A stretch of DNA of 64,000 bases, from NCBI GenBank assembly GCA_965219685.1, contig CBDCOH010000002.1, positions 2,208,001-2,272,000 of the forward strand, given 5' to 3'. The notes beneath the pieces are model-generated. The model had not been told where the DNA came from and ran no database searches. It saw only the letters and a program-made list of their open reading frames with translations. A program made the translations under genes and the position numbers. Shown in pieces: positions 50,074 to 59,808 of this stretch. Each line of letters begins with the position of its first letter. Position 1 is the stretch's first letter. Source of the stretch: Candidatus Spongiisociaceae bacterium. Its GTDB lineage: Bacteria > Actinomycetota > Acidimicrobiia > Spongiisociales > Spongiisociaceae.

Positions 50074-51063
50074 GTGATCGAACTGCATGACAACGACCTG
50101 AGATTCCGGTTCCCGGACGTACACCCGAAGGCCTCCTGCAGCATCAGCTTCCTGCGGACGTTGCGCATCCCCGACGACAACCGCTCGTATCCGCTACCTC
50201 CCGGCCTCTCGCCGTTCCCGCTCGATCATGTCGATGACTACGCCGGGCGGGTCCCCGAGGATTGGCGCCGCCACGGAGGGGTCTTCCTGCCGATGCACCA
50301 AGCCGAGGCAATGTGGATCAACTTCGAGTCCAGCTACCCGATGGCGGTGAAAATAGCCGCCGGCAAGATCAACGCGGTTAACGGCGAGGAGTGGCGCAAC
50401 GCCCTGTCCGATGACCCCTCGCAGGACTATGTGGTGCTTCCCGATCAACCCTGGCTGGATGGATTCTACGCCGGCGAAGGCCTGATCCGTCAGTTCGTGG
50501 CCATGCCGCTGGGAGAGGGATTCACAGCGGAGGAACAGCTCACCGGAGCAGCCGAGCACGGGGGCATCCAGATCGTCGTGTACCCGCTGAAGGCCTCCGT
50601 GTACGAGCGCATTCGAGGTCGTAGGCCCCAGATGGCACACGAGGACTACTTGGCGCCTCAGGTATACGCCATGTGCTCGATGGGCCTGGCGCCCGGCGGA
50701 TTGATGAAACAGGACATCTACGAAGACGGGCACGGGATCGACGCGTGGGAGACCTCCACGAGATCGCGATGCTTCGTGCACCTCCTCAACAGCCTGCAGT
50801 ACCTCCATGTGACTGGTTCCGAACCCCCCACCCGACCCCCCTCCGCTCGCGAGTACACGGAAGCGGGCCTTCCCTGGTTCGAGTACTACGCCGCCGACCG
50901 CAAGACCCTGAAGAACGCCGGAAAGCTCTTGGGCCTCGACAGCATCGCGGCGAAGAAGGTCAAGCAAGGAAAGGGCGTATTGGAAGGCAACGAACCGGTG
51001 AATCCCACCAACGTGAAGATGGTGAGCGCCGGAGGGACCACCGTCCGGGAGGGTGACTTCTGA
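50074..51063 (+). CDS. conserved uncharacterised protein (ISFxRTLRIPDD family)
   Basis: ISFLRTLRIPDD, LPMHQAEAMWINF, QDYVVLPDQPWLDG, RQFVAMPLGEG, MGLAPGG. Confidence 0.75.
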   Translation: MIELHDNDLRFRFPDVHPKASCSISFLRTLRIPDDNRSYPLPPGLSPFPLDHVDDYAGRVPEDWRRHGGVFLPMHQAEAMWINFESSYPMAVKIAAGKINAVNGEEWRNALSDDPSQDYVVLPDQPWLDGFYAGEGLIRQFVAMPLGEGFTAEEQLTGAAEHGGIQIVVYPLKASVYERIRGRRPQMAHEDYLAPQVYAMCSMGLAPGGLMKQDIYEDGHGIDAWETSTRSRCFVHLLNSLQYLHVTGSEPPTRPPSAREYTEAGLPWFEYYAADRKTLKNAGKLLGLDSIAAKKVKQGKGVLEGNEPVNPTNVKMVSAGGTTVREGDF

Positions 51064-51200
51064 GACCTCGCCTCCGGCTTACCGGTCAACTGTGCCAGAC
51101 CGATAAGCGTGGCCCGCCCTCCGTATGCAGTCTATGGGGAAGTCACCCGTTGACACTCGACCCGCTGCTCGGAGCAGGAAACGGGAATAGCGCACCGCAG

Positions 51201-51221
51201 TTTTTGTTATACTGACATAAG
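51201..51221 (+). promoter_or_regulatory. NrtR-box-like palindrome overlapping an extended -10 element
   Basis: TTTTTGT-N7-ACATAAG containing TGnTATACT. Confidence 0.6.
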
Positions 51222-51241
51222 TATGGAGGGAGCACACGCAA

Positions 51242-52483
51242 ATGTCGATCCAACCCATTGACGAAGACCCGAGCCCCGAAGCGCCTGAGCCAAACTGGTA
51301 CCGCCAGTTGAAATCCATCGGCGCGAAGGTCGCCAAGGCTCCACAAGGAGCTGCCTCCGTGGTGCGTGAAACGCCCCGTGTGGCCTTTGGCTACACCAGC
51401 AGCACGGTGCGTCATCTCAAGAAGGCCGACCTGCGTTTTCACACCTATCCAGTCGACCTGGCACAAGCGATTACGGCTTCCGCGCAGGCAACGATCACGG
51501 ACCTCGCCGGAACAGCGGCAATCCAAATGGGAAACGCCGGCAGCAAAGCCGGAGACCTCGCCGGGAATGCAGCAGCCCAAATCGGAAACGTCACGGGTAC
51601 AGCAGCCACCGTGCTTCTCGAACAGGGCCGGACCTTCCGGGAGAAGTGCAGTGAGCCCCTCAAACCCCTGAACCCGGGTGCGAAGAGGGTCGAAGACAAC
51701 GCAGAGGCATGGGCACAAGCAGCCGCGACAGCGGCCGGCGGCGCTCTCATAAACTTGCAGAAAGCAGTTCCATCGTTCAACGACCTTTCTCCCACACTCA
51801 AGGCGAAGTTCGTGACAGCGGGCATGCACGGCTATTGGCGAACCGTCGATGCCGCGAGCGCCTTCTACGAGTCGAGCGTTCCGTCTGCGGTCAGGAACCT
51901 GGGGAAGGACGCGGTAGTGATGTTTCTCGACGGAAAGCATGCCAGTCACATCGAGGCGGTCGCTAACGCACCGGAGAGGATGATGGACGCTGCCAACATC
52001 GTGTGGGAAAGGGCCCGCGACAACCTGGCTCGTGGCGCAGCCGACATGACCCCATTGGATCTGGCGAAGGCCAACGCCCTCAACGCGGTCCAAGCTACAG
52101 GCATCGTCGTGGCCGAGGCACTGCAGACTGCTGCTGTTGCCGGGTGCATCGGCATGGCGCTTGAGGGCGTGGTCAGCGTCAGCGAGAACCTCATCTACGT
52201 CTACAAGGACGGGATGACGATCCAAGAGGCGCGCAGGAACGTCCTTAGGGACGTGCTGAAGAAAGGCAAGGTAGCAGCGATCGGCGGGGCAGGAATGACG
52301 GTGGTGGTGGCCTTAGGTGCCGGACCCGCACTCGCGACAGCCGCCCCGGTTCTTATCTCGATCGGCGGAGTCCTCTACCTCGTAAGCGCCTACAGCCGTA
52401 TCAAGATGGCCTTGGACTCGGACGAGGAGCAACCGGATCTGCTCGCTCTGGAGCCTCCCTCCCCGGCTCTGGGCACCGCCTGA
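51242..52483 (+). CDS. hypothetical protein with a His-Me-finger-like motif and C-terminal hydrophobic helices
   Basis: GGAGG RBS; DGKHASHI...NIVWE...NLARG; hydrophobic C-terminus. Confidence 0.7.
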   Translation: MSIQPIDEDPSPEAPEPNWYRQLKSIGAKVAKAPQGAASVVRETPRVAFGYTSSTVRHLKKADLRFHTYPVDLAQAITASAQATITDLAGTAAIQMGNAGSKAGDLAGNAAAQIGNVTGTAATVLLEQGRTFREKCSEPLKPLNPGAKRVEDNAEAWAQAAATAAGGALINLQKAVPSFNDLSPTLKAKFVTAGMHGYWRTVDAASAFYESSVPSAVRNLGKDAVVMFLDGKHASHIEAVANAPERMMDAANIVWERARDNLARGAADMTPLDLAKANALNAVQATGIVVAEALQTAAVAGCIGMALEGVVSVSENLIYVYKDGMTIQEARRNVLRDVLKKGKVAAIGGAGMTVVVALGAGPALATAAPVLISIGGVLYLVSAYSRIKMALDSDEEQPDLLALEPPSPALGTA

Positions 52484-52545
52484 TCCTCCAGCCGGTTATG
52501 GTTCAATAGTCGGGAAGCGGCCCATAGCCGTGGGGAGGTTTTTCG

Positions 52546-52764
52546 ATGCCGGTTGCGCACATCCACTTCATGTACGACTTGGTTCAGGGCGACCTTCAGG
52601 AGGCCAAGCGCAAACTCGCGGACGAGGTGGCCGAGAGCATCGCCCGAAATGTGGTACACCATCACCAGGGCTCGCCCAAGGACCTCGTGACCGTGGTCTT
52701 TCACGACATCGGCGCCGACGACTGGGCGGCTGGAGGCAAGCTCTTCAGCGACCGAACCGACTGA
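52546..52764 (+). CDS. 4-oxalocrotonate tautomerase-family protein
   Basis: N-terminal Pro; VTVVFHDI...DWAAGG; 72 aa. Confidence 0.85.
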   Translation: MPVAHIHFMYDLVQGDLQEAKRKLADEVAESIARNVVHHHQGSPKDLVTVVFHDIGADDWAAGGKLFSDRTD

Positions 52765-52845
52765 CACGAAGCCGATCCTGACACCGGAGCGCGATGAACC
52801 GGGATCGACGCCAGGTTGTCTGAGCCCACCGAGTTGGCAGCAGGG

Positions 52846-54072
52846 CTATCCGGTCCGCCGTAACCTGTAGTGCGGTAGTGGAACGATGACCCCGTTGAGT
52901 TCTCCGCGTACCGGACCCCAGTCCCAGTCGACCTGAACCTCCGTCCCTGGATCAGCAAAGGCCGGCCCAACATGGGCGAAACCTATCACCGACCCGACCG
53001 TGGGGGACCACGTCACGCTGGTTGTGCGCCCGACGCGAGTTCCCTCATGGAGGATCGGCAACGGCAGCCGGATCACCTGCGGCGTCACCTCGGGCGGAAT
53101 CCCGCTTTCCTCGTAGAGGGCGACTATCAGGCGATAGTCGATCCGGATTCCTACCATCGAACGCCTGGATCCGCTCTCGAACTCGCGCTTGAGAGCTTCC
53201 CTGCCCAGAAAGTCGGCGTTCGTCCCGAGGTCGACGAACCGATGCATGTTCAGCTCTAGTGGAGTGGTTCGGTTCTCGGCCGAGACCGGGAGCGGGTCGC
53301 CGAGTCGATCCATGGCGGCGGGCGTGTAGTCACCGCCCACTATCACCAAACCTGCCTCGATACGTGCCACATCCAGCGCGTGCAGCCCACCGGCACCCAA
53401 CCCTAGAGGCTCCCCGGCCTCGAACAGCGCGTCCCACACGGCAGCCCCGTCGCGGGTGGCTACCCAGAGCTCGTATCCGACCTCGCCGGTGAACCCCTGG
53501 CGAGACACAATCACCTCGGCTCCTCCGATCGCAGTTGTACGAAGCCGCGAGAACCGGAGGTCCGACCAGGTTTTCCCCGTGGATGCTTCGAGCACCGCGG
53601 TCGACTTGGGTCCCTGGAGCGCCAGCAACCCGTAGTCATGCGTTACATCCTCGATCACGACATCGTGGCTCTCGGCGTGGGACCGGAACCAGTTCATCAT
53701 CGGATCAGCCGAGAACAAGAACCTGTCTTCCTCGACCCGGGCAACCAGACCGTCCCCAACCAAGACTCCATCCTCGTTGCACCACGGGGTGTAATAGACT
53801 TGGCCTACCTCGATCCGCGTAGCGTCACGGGTGATCAGATAGTCCACCAACCGCACGGCGTCCGGTCCGGAAATGTAGTGCTTGGAGATAGGCGATTGGT
53901 CCAGAGCGGCAGCTTGTTCGCGTATCGTCGCCAACTCGGCCCGCCAGTCTGTGTACTCATCGACGATGTGATACCGATCCCAGGCATTCCACTTCTGGCG
54001 CTGATTCAACAACGAGGTACGCGGGTAGAACGCAGTTCCGCGGATCGTCAGTTCGGAGGTAATAGAAGCCAT
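52846..54072 (-). CDS. GcvT-like folate-binding aminomethyltransferase/demethylase
   Basis: SGPDA, ALQGPKS, RQGFTGEVGYELW, ARIEAG. Confidence 0.88.
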   Translation of the reverse strand: MASITSELTIRGTAFYPRTSLLNQRQKWNAWDRYHIVDEYTDWRAELATIREQAAALDQSPISKHYISGPDAVRLVDYLITRDATRIEVGQVYYTPWCNEDGVLVGDGLVARVEEDRFLFSADPMMNWFRSHAESHDVVIEDVTHDYGLLALQGPKSTAVLEASTGKTWSDLRFSRLRTTAIGGAEVIVSRQGFTGEVGYELWVATRDGAAVWDALFEAGEPLGLGAGGLHALDVARIEAGLVIVGGDYTPAAMDRLGDPLPVSAENRTTPLELNMHRFVDLGTNADFLGREALKREFESGSRRSMVGIRIDYRLIVALYEESGIPPEVTPQVIRLPLPILHEGTRVGRTTSVTWSPTVGSVIGFAHVGPAFADPGTEVQVDWDWGPVRGELNGVIVPLPHYRLRRTG

Positions 54073-54294
54073 CCAGGTGTCTCCTTTCTCAACCAGATCC
54101 CACGCTCGGCCAGTATCTCACCGGTGCCGGCTGTTACCAGCGGGGTTTCGGCCAGGCCGGCAACCACGGCGGTTTGTATGATCACCCGGTCGTTCATGGT
54201 CTCGCCAGCCTCCTACTGATAATCCGTAGTCGAACCGGATGAGGGACTGTACATCCGCTACAAATAGGAGGATGATGGGAGAAGGGATCGCTCT

Positions 54295-55362
54295 ATGACC
54301 ATTTCCGACCGATACAGCGTGACCGAGGACGAGATACGGTTCGACCGGACCGCCGAGGAGCGGCTCTACCGGCGATTGTTCGACTTCTGGCATCCCGTCG
54401 CCTATTCCTCTCATCTGGCCGATGACAAGCCGCTGGCAGCGACCCTCCTCGACGAGGCCATCGTGGTTGTCCGTCTCGACGGCCGGGTGCGCGCCTTCCG
54501 CGACCTCTGCGTCCACCGGGGTACGGCCCTGTCGCTGGGTTGGGTGGAGGACGACTCGCTCCGGTGCGCCTACCACGGCTGGAAGTACGGGCCTGACGGC
54601 ATGTGCACCGAGATCCCCTCGCGTTTCGGTACCAGGATCCCCAAGCGGGCCCGCCTGACCCGCTATGCGGCGGCGGAGGCGGCCGGCCTGATCTGGGTGT
54701 GCATGTCGGGTGAGCCGAGGTACCCGCTGCCCGAGTTCCCCTACCGGGAAGACCCGAGGTACCGGATCATCGAGGTGCCGTCGTACGACTGGAACTGCTC
54801 GATGCCGAGGCGGATCGAGAACTACGTCGACTTCGCCCACTTCGCCTGGGTTCACGATGGGGTTCTGGGAGACCGCAACCAGCCGGAGGTTCCCGACCAT
54901 GGCATCCGCCGTGTCGGGCACGAGCTCCGCTTCGACCATCCACACATGGCCGAGCCCGCGAACTCCGGCAAGAACAAGGGTCTCGATTCCGACGGCGGAC
55001 CCGTGGACGTCCGGATCGACTACCGGCTGTTCATGCCCAACACGATCCTCCTAGACCAGCGGATCCCGGCCCTGGATCAGCGCTACCTGCTGTTCTTCTC
55101 GGTGTGCCCGACCGGGCGCAAGACATCCAGGTGTTTCACGTTCATGGGCCGCGACTACTCGATGGACGAGCAGACCGACCGGGACATGCTCGAATTCAAC
55201 GCCCTAGTGATCGGCCAGGACCTCCCGATCGTCCAGTCGCAGCGGCCGGAAGAGCTTCCGATGGACCTGTCGGCGGAGGTGCAGATCAAGGGATCCGACC
55301 GCGTGGCAGTCGAGTACCGGCGCTGGCTGAAGAAGATCGCCGACGGCACGGATATGGACTGA
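54295..55362 (+). CDS. Rieske oxygenase alpha subunit, NdmA/VanA-like
   Basis: FWHPV, CVHRG...CAYHGW, RRIENYVDFAHFAWVH, SQRPEELP, YRRWL. Confidence 0.9.
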   Translation: MTISDRYSVTEDEIRFDRTAEERLYRRLFDFWHPVAYSSHLADDKPLAATLLDEAIVVVRLDGRVRAFRDLCVHRGTALSLGWVEDDSLRCAYHGWKYGPDGMCTEIPSRFGTRIPKRARLTRYAAAEAAGLIWVCMSGEPRYPLPEFPYREDPRYRIIEVPSYDWNCSMPRRIENYVDFAHFAWVHDGVLGDRNQPEVPDHGIRRVGHELRFDHPHMAEPANSGKNKGLDSDGGPVDVRIDYRLFMPNTILLDQRIPALDQRYLLFFSVCPTGRKTSRCFTFMGRDYSMDEQTDRDMLEFNALVIGQDLPIVQSQRPEELPMDLSAEVQIKGSDRVAVEYRRWLKKIADGTDMD

Positions 55363-55439
55363 CCCGCCTGGAACCGGGCCGCGGCAACACGTCCTACACA
55401 CCTGGCAGCCCCAGCCACCAGCGCAAGCGGCTGTCCGCC

Positions 55440-56357
55440 CTAGCCCGCCCTGGCGACCACCCCCGAGAGATCACAGCCGTGGATCTCGTGCAGCAGCCCG
55501 AGGAAGGCCAGCACCGGTGCGCTGTAGTGCTGGGCCCTCCTTACCAGCACGTGGGTCTGTAGGTACACGCGGTGTTCCTCCGCCATCCCGATGGGTGTGA
55601 GCCTGCCCATCTCGACCTCGCCGCGGATGGCGCTGCGCGGCAGGAAGGAGATACCGAGCCCGAGCGCCACCATGCGCTTGGTGGCTTCGATGCTGTCGAG
55701 CATGGTCTCGATCTGGGGAACGATCCCCGCCTCGTGGCATGCCTGATTGATGAGCAGGAAGTACGTCGAGCTCGGGTCGTAGAGGATGAGCGGCTGGCGC
55801 GCCACCTCGGAGATCCGGGCATATCCCGCCTCCGCGAACGGATGCTCCGGATAGGTCACCAGAACGATCTCCTCGTCATACAGGTAGATCGAATGAACAT
55901 CCTGATGCACCAGGCCCCGGCACAGGCCGACGTCCACCACGCCGTCGATGATCATCGCTAGGACGTCGGTGGAGCGTCCGGTGCGTATCCGCGCCGAGAC
56001 CTGGGGGTGGCGGCGTTGGAACCGGTCGAGGGTGGGCGGGAGCATATAGGTGCCGATGGTGCGGGCCGACCCGATCGTGATGGTCCCCGCCTGCTCGTCG
56101 AGGGTCTGGCGGACCGCTTCCCGGCCCTTGTCGAGGAACTCGATGACCCGCTCGGCAAAGGGCAGGAAGGCCTCCCCCGCCTCGGTCAGGCGGACCCCTC
56201 GGCCCATCCGGTGGAAGAGCGGCGTCCGGAGCTCGCGCTCCAGCGACTTGATGCGGGCGCTGAGCGATGGCTGGCTCACAAAGGACGCTCGCGCCGCCCC
56301 CCGGAAGCTACCGATCCGGGCCGCGGCCAGAAAAGAATCGAGTTCTCTGAACTCCAC
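55440..56357 (-). CDS. LysR-family regulator
   Basis: GSFRGAARASFVSQPSLSARIKSLERE...LTEAG. Confidence 0.92.
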   Translation of the reverse strand: MEFRELDSFLAAARIGSFRGAARASFVSQPSLSARIKSLERELRTPLFHRMGRGVRLTEAGEAFLPFAERVIEFLDKGREAVRQTLDEQAGTITIGSARTIGTYMLPPTLDRFQRRHPQVSARIRTGRSTDVLAMIIDGVVDVGLCRGLVHQDVHSIYLYDEEIVLVTYPEHPFAEAGYARISEVARQPLILYDPSSTYFLLINQACHEAGIVPQIETMLDSIEATKRMVALGLGISFLPRSAIRGEVEMGRLTPIGMAEEHRVYLQTHVLVRRAQHYSAPVLAFLGLLHEIHGCDLSGVVARAG

Positions 56358-56383
56358 GCTTCGGGTGTTCCTTCCTCTTAGGT

Positions 56384-56506
56384 CTACCGGTTGGCCCGCC
56401 GGATCAGCCAGCCCACGGCCGCGACGGTGAAACCGACAGCCGGAGCACCGCCGACCACGGCAAGCGCAAGACCGTAGATCATGGTCAGCGTTCCGAAGAT
56501 CCTCAT
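56384..56506 (-). CDS. putative 40-aa membrane peptide
   Basis: MRIFGTLTMIYGLALAVVGGAPAVGFTVAAVGWLIRRANR; AAGGGGA upstream. Confidence 0.35.
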   Translation of the reverse strand: MRIFGTLTMIYGLALAVVGGAPAVGFTVAAVGWLIRRANR

Positions 56507-56525
56507 CCGGGCCAGTTCCCCTTGC

Positions 56526-56542
56526 GATAGTTACAGCCTATC
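56526..56542. promoter_or_regulatory. LysR box (T-N11-A) between the LysR gene and aceA
   Basis: GATAG-N7-CTATC. Confidence 0.6.
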
Positions 56543-56699
56543 ACTTTGATCGGAAGAAAGAGGCTAGCTTTATCGTTGAAAACACCGCATACTGCTCCCG
56601 TTTGCACCATGCTTCCCGGAGCGATCCCAACGCGGCGTTTCGGCGAGGCGGTGGCATCGCATGGAAAGCACTGGATCGGTATCGGAAGGGACGTGAGTC

Positions 56700-57992
56700 A
56701 TGTCGAGGACTGGCCGGGACAGGTTCCGGAGAGCTGCTGCTCTCCAAGCCCGTTGGGACCAGGAGGCAAGGTGGGAGGGCATCGAGCGCCCCTACACCGC
56801 CCTCGACGTACTGCGCCTTCGGGGCAGCCTCAGGATCGAGCACAGCATCGCCCGGGCCGGCGCCGAGCGGCTCTGGCACCTGCTGCAGACCCAACCCATG
56901 ATCCGGACCTTCGGCGCTCTGACCGGGGCCCAGGCCGTCCAGATGGTGAGAGCAGGGCTGAAGGCTCTCTACCTGAGCGGATGGCAGGTCGCCGCCGACG
57001 CCAACCTGTCGGGGCAGACCTACCCGGACCAGAGCCTGTATCCGTCCAACAGCGTGCCGAGCGCGATCAAGCGCATCAACAACGCCCTCACCCGCGCCGA
57101 CCAGATCGCTTCGATGAACGGCGAGAACGGGACCCACTGGTTCGCTCCGATCGTGGCCGACGCCGAGGCCGGATTCGGGGGCCCGGTTCACGGTTTCGAA
57201 CTCATGAAGTCGATGATCGAGGCGGGTGCGGCCGGGGTCCACTTCGAGGACCAGCTGTCCTCCGAGAAGAAGTGCGGGCACATGGGCGGAAAGGTTCTCG
57301 TTCCGACCTCCCAGTTCATCCGGACCCTGACTGCGGCCAGGTTGGCAGCCGACGTGATGGGCGTGCCGACCGTGATCATGGCGAGGACCGACGCCCGCGA
57401 CGCCAGGCTGCTGATGAGCGATGCGGACGAGGCGGATCGCCGGTTCCTGACCGGTGAGAGAACCCCTGAGGGGTACCACGGGGTCCGCAGCGGTATGGAA
57501 GCCGCCACGGAAAGGTCTCTGGCATACGCCCCCTATGCCGATCTCCTGTGGTTCGAGACCTCCCAGCCGGACGTCGAGGAAGCCGCTGCCTTCGCGGAGG
57601 CGATCCACGCGCGTTTCCCCGGCAAGCTACTGGCCTACAACTGCTCCCCGTCCTTCAACTGGAGGCACCACCTGAGCGAGGAACAGATCGCGGCGTTCCA
57701 GGATCGGATCGCCTCGCTGGGATACCGGTTCCAGTTCATCACCCTGGCCGGTTGGCACCTGCTCAACTACCACACCTTCGACTTGGCGCGGTCCTATGAC
57801 ACGAGCGGCATGGCGGCCTACAGCCGGCTGCAGCAAACCGAGATCGCCTCGGAGTCGGTCGGGTACACCGCCACCAAGCACCAGGCGGAGGTGGGTGCCG
57901 GGTACTTCGACGAGGTGGTGCAGATCACGGCCGGAGGGCGGGCTTCCACCCTCGCGCTAGTGGGTTCAACCGAAGCCAAGCAGTTCGCCTGA
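56700..57992 (+). CDS. aceA: isocitrate lyase
   Basis: [35 protein letters not shown]. Confidence 0.97.
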   Translation: MSRTGRDRFRRAAALQARWDQEARWEGIERPYTALDVLRLRGSLRIEHSIARAGAERLWHLLQTQPMIRTFGALTGAQAVQMVRAGLKALYLSGWQVAADANLSGQTYPDQSLYPSNSVPSAIKRINNALTRADQIASMNGENGTHWFAPIVADAEAGFGGPVHGFELMKSMIEAGAAGVHFEDQLSSEKKCGHMGGKVLVPTSQFIRTLTAARLAADVMGVPTVIMARTDARDARLLMSDADEADRRFLTGERTPEGYHGVRSGMEAATERSLAYAPYADLLWFETSQPDVEEAAAFAEAIHARFPGKLLAYNCSPSFNWRHHLSEEQIAAFQDRIASLGYRFQFITLAGWHLLNYHTFDLARSYDTSGMAAYSRLQQTEIASESVGYTATKHQAEVGAGYFDEVVQITAGGRASTLALVGSTEAKQFA

Positions 57993-58002
57993 ACCCGCGT
58001 TC

Positions 58003-58041
58003 TTGACCTTCCCACTGTGTGGACGTACAGTGGCCGTACAC
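58003..58041 (+). promoter_or_regulatory. toxin-antitoxin promoter with an overlapping operator
   Basis: TTGACC-17-TACAGT; GTGGACG...CGTACAC imperfect palindrome. Confidence 0.65.
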
Positions 58042-58055
58042 ACAGGAGGTCGTTC

Positions 58056-58343
58056 ATGGCCACACGCACCGAACGGCGTCGTAGCCGGCGCCTCGAGGTC
58101 CGCACAACGCCCGAGGAGCGAGCGCTGATCGACCTTGCCGTTGCCGCATCCGGTACAGACCTCACCAGTTTCGTGATAGACAACCTGACGGTGGCCGCGC
58201 GGCGCGTACTGGCGGACCGGTCCGAATTCACATTGGGTCCCGACGCCCGGCGGGCCTGGGAGGAGATCAACCGTCGACCTGCCCGAGCCCTTCCTGAACT
58301 GAGGGAGTTCTTGGAGCGACCCTCGCCCTTCGTCAAGGAGTGA
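58056..58343 (+). CDS. DUF1778 (TacA-like) RHH antitoxin
   Basis: RLEVRTTPEERALIDLAVAASGTDLTSFV. Confidence 0.88.
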   Translation: MATRTERRRSRRLEVRTTPEERALIDLAVAASGTDLTSFVIDNLTVAARRVLADRSEFTLGPDARRAWEEINRRPARALPELREFLERPSPFVKE

Positions 58344-58858
58344 AAGAGCAGTATCTCCCGCCCAGACTGCTGCATCCGGACCACGAGATCGCCCACTTCT
58401 TGTGCCGATCCGACGAGCAGACCCGTTGGCTACACCACCACGCCCGCCAGGCAGGAAATGCGGGCACCGCCAAGGTCCTCGTAGTCACGCGGCGATCCAG
58501 CGTGGAGGTCGTTGCTTACTACGCGTGGTCTATGGGCAGCATCAGAGTCTCTGATGCACCAACCCGGCTACGGACAGGAGCCGGTCGGTGTCCCCAGCCC
58601 GTAGCTCTGCTTAGCCGCCTCGGGGTTTCGATCCACCACGAGCGACGCGGGCTCGGCGCCGGACTCCTCCAGGATGTGATCGCCCGAACTGCTCAACTCG
58701 GAAGCAAGATCGGATGCCGAGGTCTGCTCGTACATGCCGAGACCACCGAGGCTCGGGACTTCTACCTCCATCTCGTCCCCGCCTTCGAGCCATCCCCCAC
58801 CGATCCCCTCCATCTTGTCCTCCTGATGAAGGATATCCTCAAGGCACTCCGCACATGA
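58340..58858 (+). CDS. GNAT acetyltransferase toxin (TacT/AtaT-like)
   Basis: PVALLSRLGVS...RRGLGAGLL, LLVHA...ARDFY; GTGA coupling. Confidence 0.88.
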   Translation: MKEQYLPPRLLHPDHEIAHFLCRSDEQTRWLHHHARQAGNAGTAKVLVVTRRSSVEVVAYYAWSMGSIRVSDAPTRLRTGAGRCPQPVALLSRLGVSIHHERRGLGAGLLQDVIARTAQLGSKIGCRGLLVHAETTEARDFYLHLVPAFEPSPTDPLHLVLLMKDILKALRT

Positions 58859-59071
58859 AAGCCGGTCTGATCTCCCAGACGACCCCACGGACCCTGTCGG
58901 CCTACTGATCGGAACGGGTCGAGAACACGGCCAGAGCCACCAGGACCCATGATGTTTGGACCACCCTGTCCTGGCCGAACACGAGGGGACCGAACAGGGG
59001 CACTCGCGCATTCGCTCGCCGAACACCGGCTCGAAGGGCTTGACCGGCCGCGCGTAGATGACGGCCGACCC

Positions 59072-59202
59072 TGCGAAGCGGGGATCATCCGTCCCGACCT
59101 CGCCATCGCGGCGGCGATCGAAGAGGCGTTGTCAGATCTTGGCATCGGCGAGATCAGACGCGCAGCCAATCACGGCACCTTACGTGTGGGGCATGATCCC
59201 GA
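59072..59202 (+). pseudogene. frameshifted C-terminal remnant of a CoxL/XDH-like gene
   Basis: CEAGIIRPDLAIAAAIEEALSDLGIGEI then +1 frame DAQPITAPYVWGMI; compare GEGGTIGPAAVVSGAVSDALAEFGVEIKATPVTPSAI at 11007-13445. Confidence 0.55.
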
Positions 59203-59265
59203 TCCCGGATGGGAGGGCAGCCGTATGACATCCGTCCCGCCATCGAACTCGTTAGAATCGAAGTC

Positions 59266-59787
59266 ATGACAGAGTCAGGCCAGTCCGCTCTGGGCCCTCT
59301 GGACCAGCAGCTGCTGCGGCGGGCGATCGAGTTGTCCGCGGCGGCGATGGCCAAGGGCAACATGGCCTTCGGAGCGCTGCTCGCCGATCCCGACGGGAAC
59401 GTGCTCCTCGAAGCCGAGAACACCACCTTCACCGAGAGCAACGCCCTCCGGCACGCCGAGACCAACCTTGTCGAGGAGGCCGTCGCCGGCCTCACACCGG
59501 AGCAGATCGCCGGAGCCAGCCTCTACACGAGTTGCGAACCCTGCGCGATGTGCAGCGGCGCGATGTATTGGGCCGGGATCAACCGGATGGTCTACGCGAT
59601 GTCCGAACACGACCTGCTGAACATCACAGGGGTCAACGATCACTGCCCCACCATGAAAGGGGTCGGATGCCGGAACATCCTCGAGACCGGCCAGCGAAAC
59701 ATCGAGGTGAGCGGACCCCACCTCGTCGAGGAAGCCGCCGCCGTTCAGCATGACTACTTCGGCACGTCGCCTCCCGAGGGCAGCTAG
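59266..59787 (+). CDS. CDA-fold nucleobase/nucleoside deaminase (GuaD/TadA-like)
   Basis: FGALL, HAE, LYTSCEPCAMC. Confidence 0.9.
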   Translation: MTESGQSALGPLDQQLLRRAIELSAAAMAKGNMAFGALLADPDGNVLLEAENTTFTESNALRHAETNLVEEAVAGLTPEQIAGASLYTSCEPCAMCSGAMYWAGINRMVYAMSEHDLLNITGVNDHCPTMKGVGCRNILETGQRNIEVSGPHLVEEAAAVQHDYFGTSPPEGS

Positions 59788-59808
59788 CGACCGACCCAGG
59801 CGGATGCC

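Noticed and set aside
33000-52500. Prophage or ICE as carrier of the defence genes
   Set aside because: No integrase, transposase, phage structural or conjugation genes, and no flanking direct repeats seen
54048-54197. Short minus-strand ORF MNDRVIIQTAVVAG resembling the N-terminus of a beta-keto acid cleavage enzyme
   Set aside because: Similarity covers only about 12 residues and the ORF overlaps the next gene's RBS; cannot be supported
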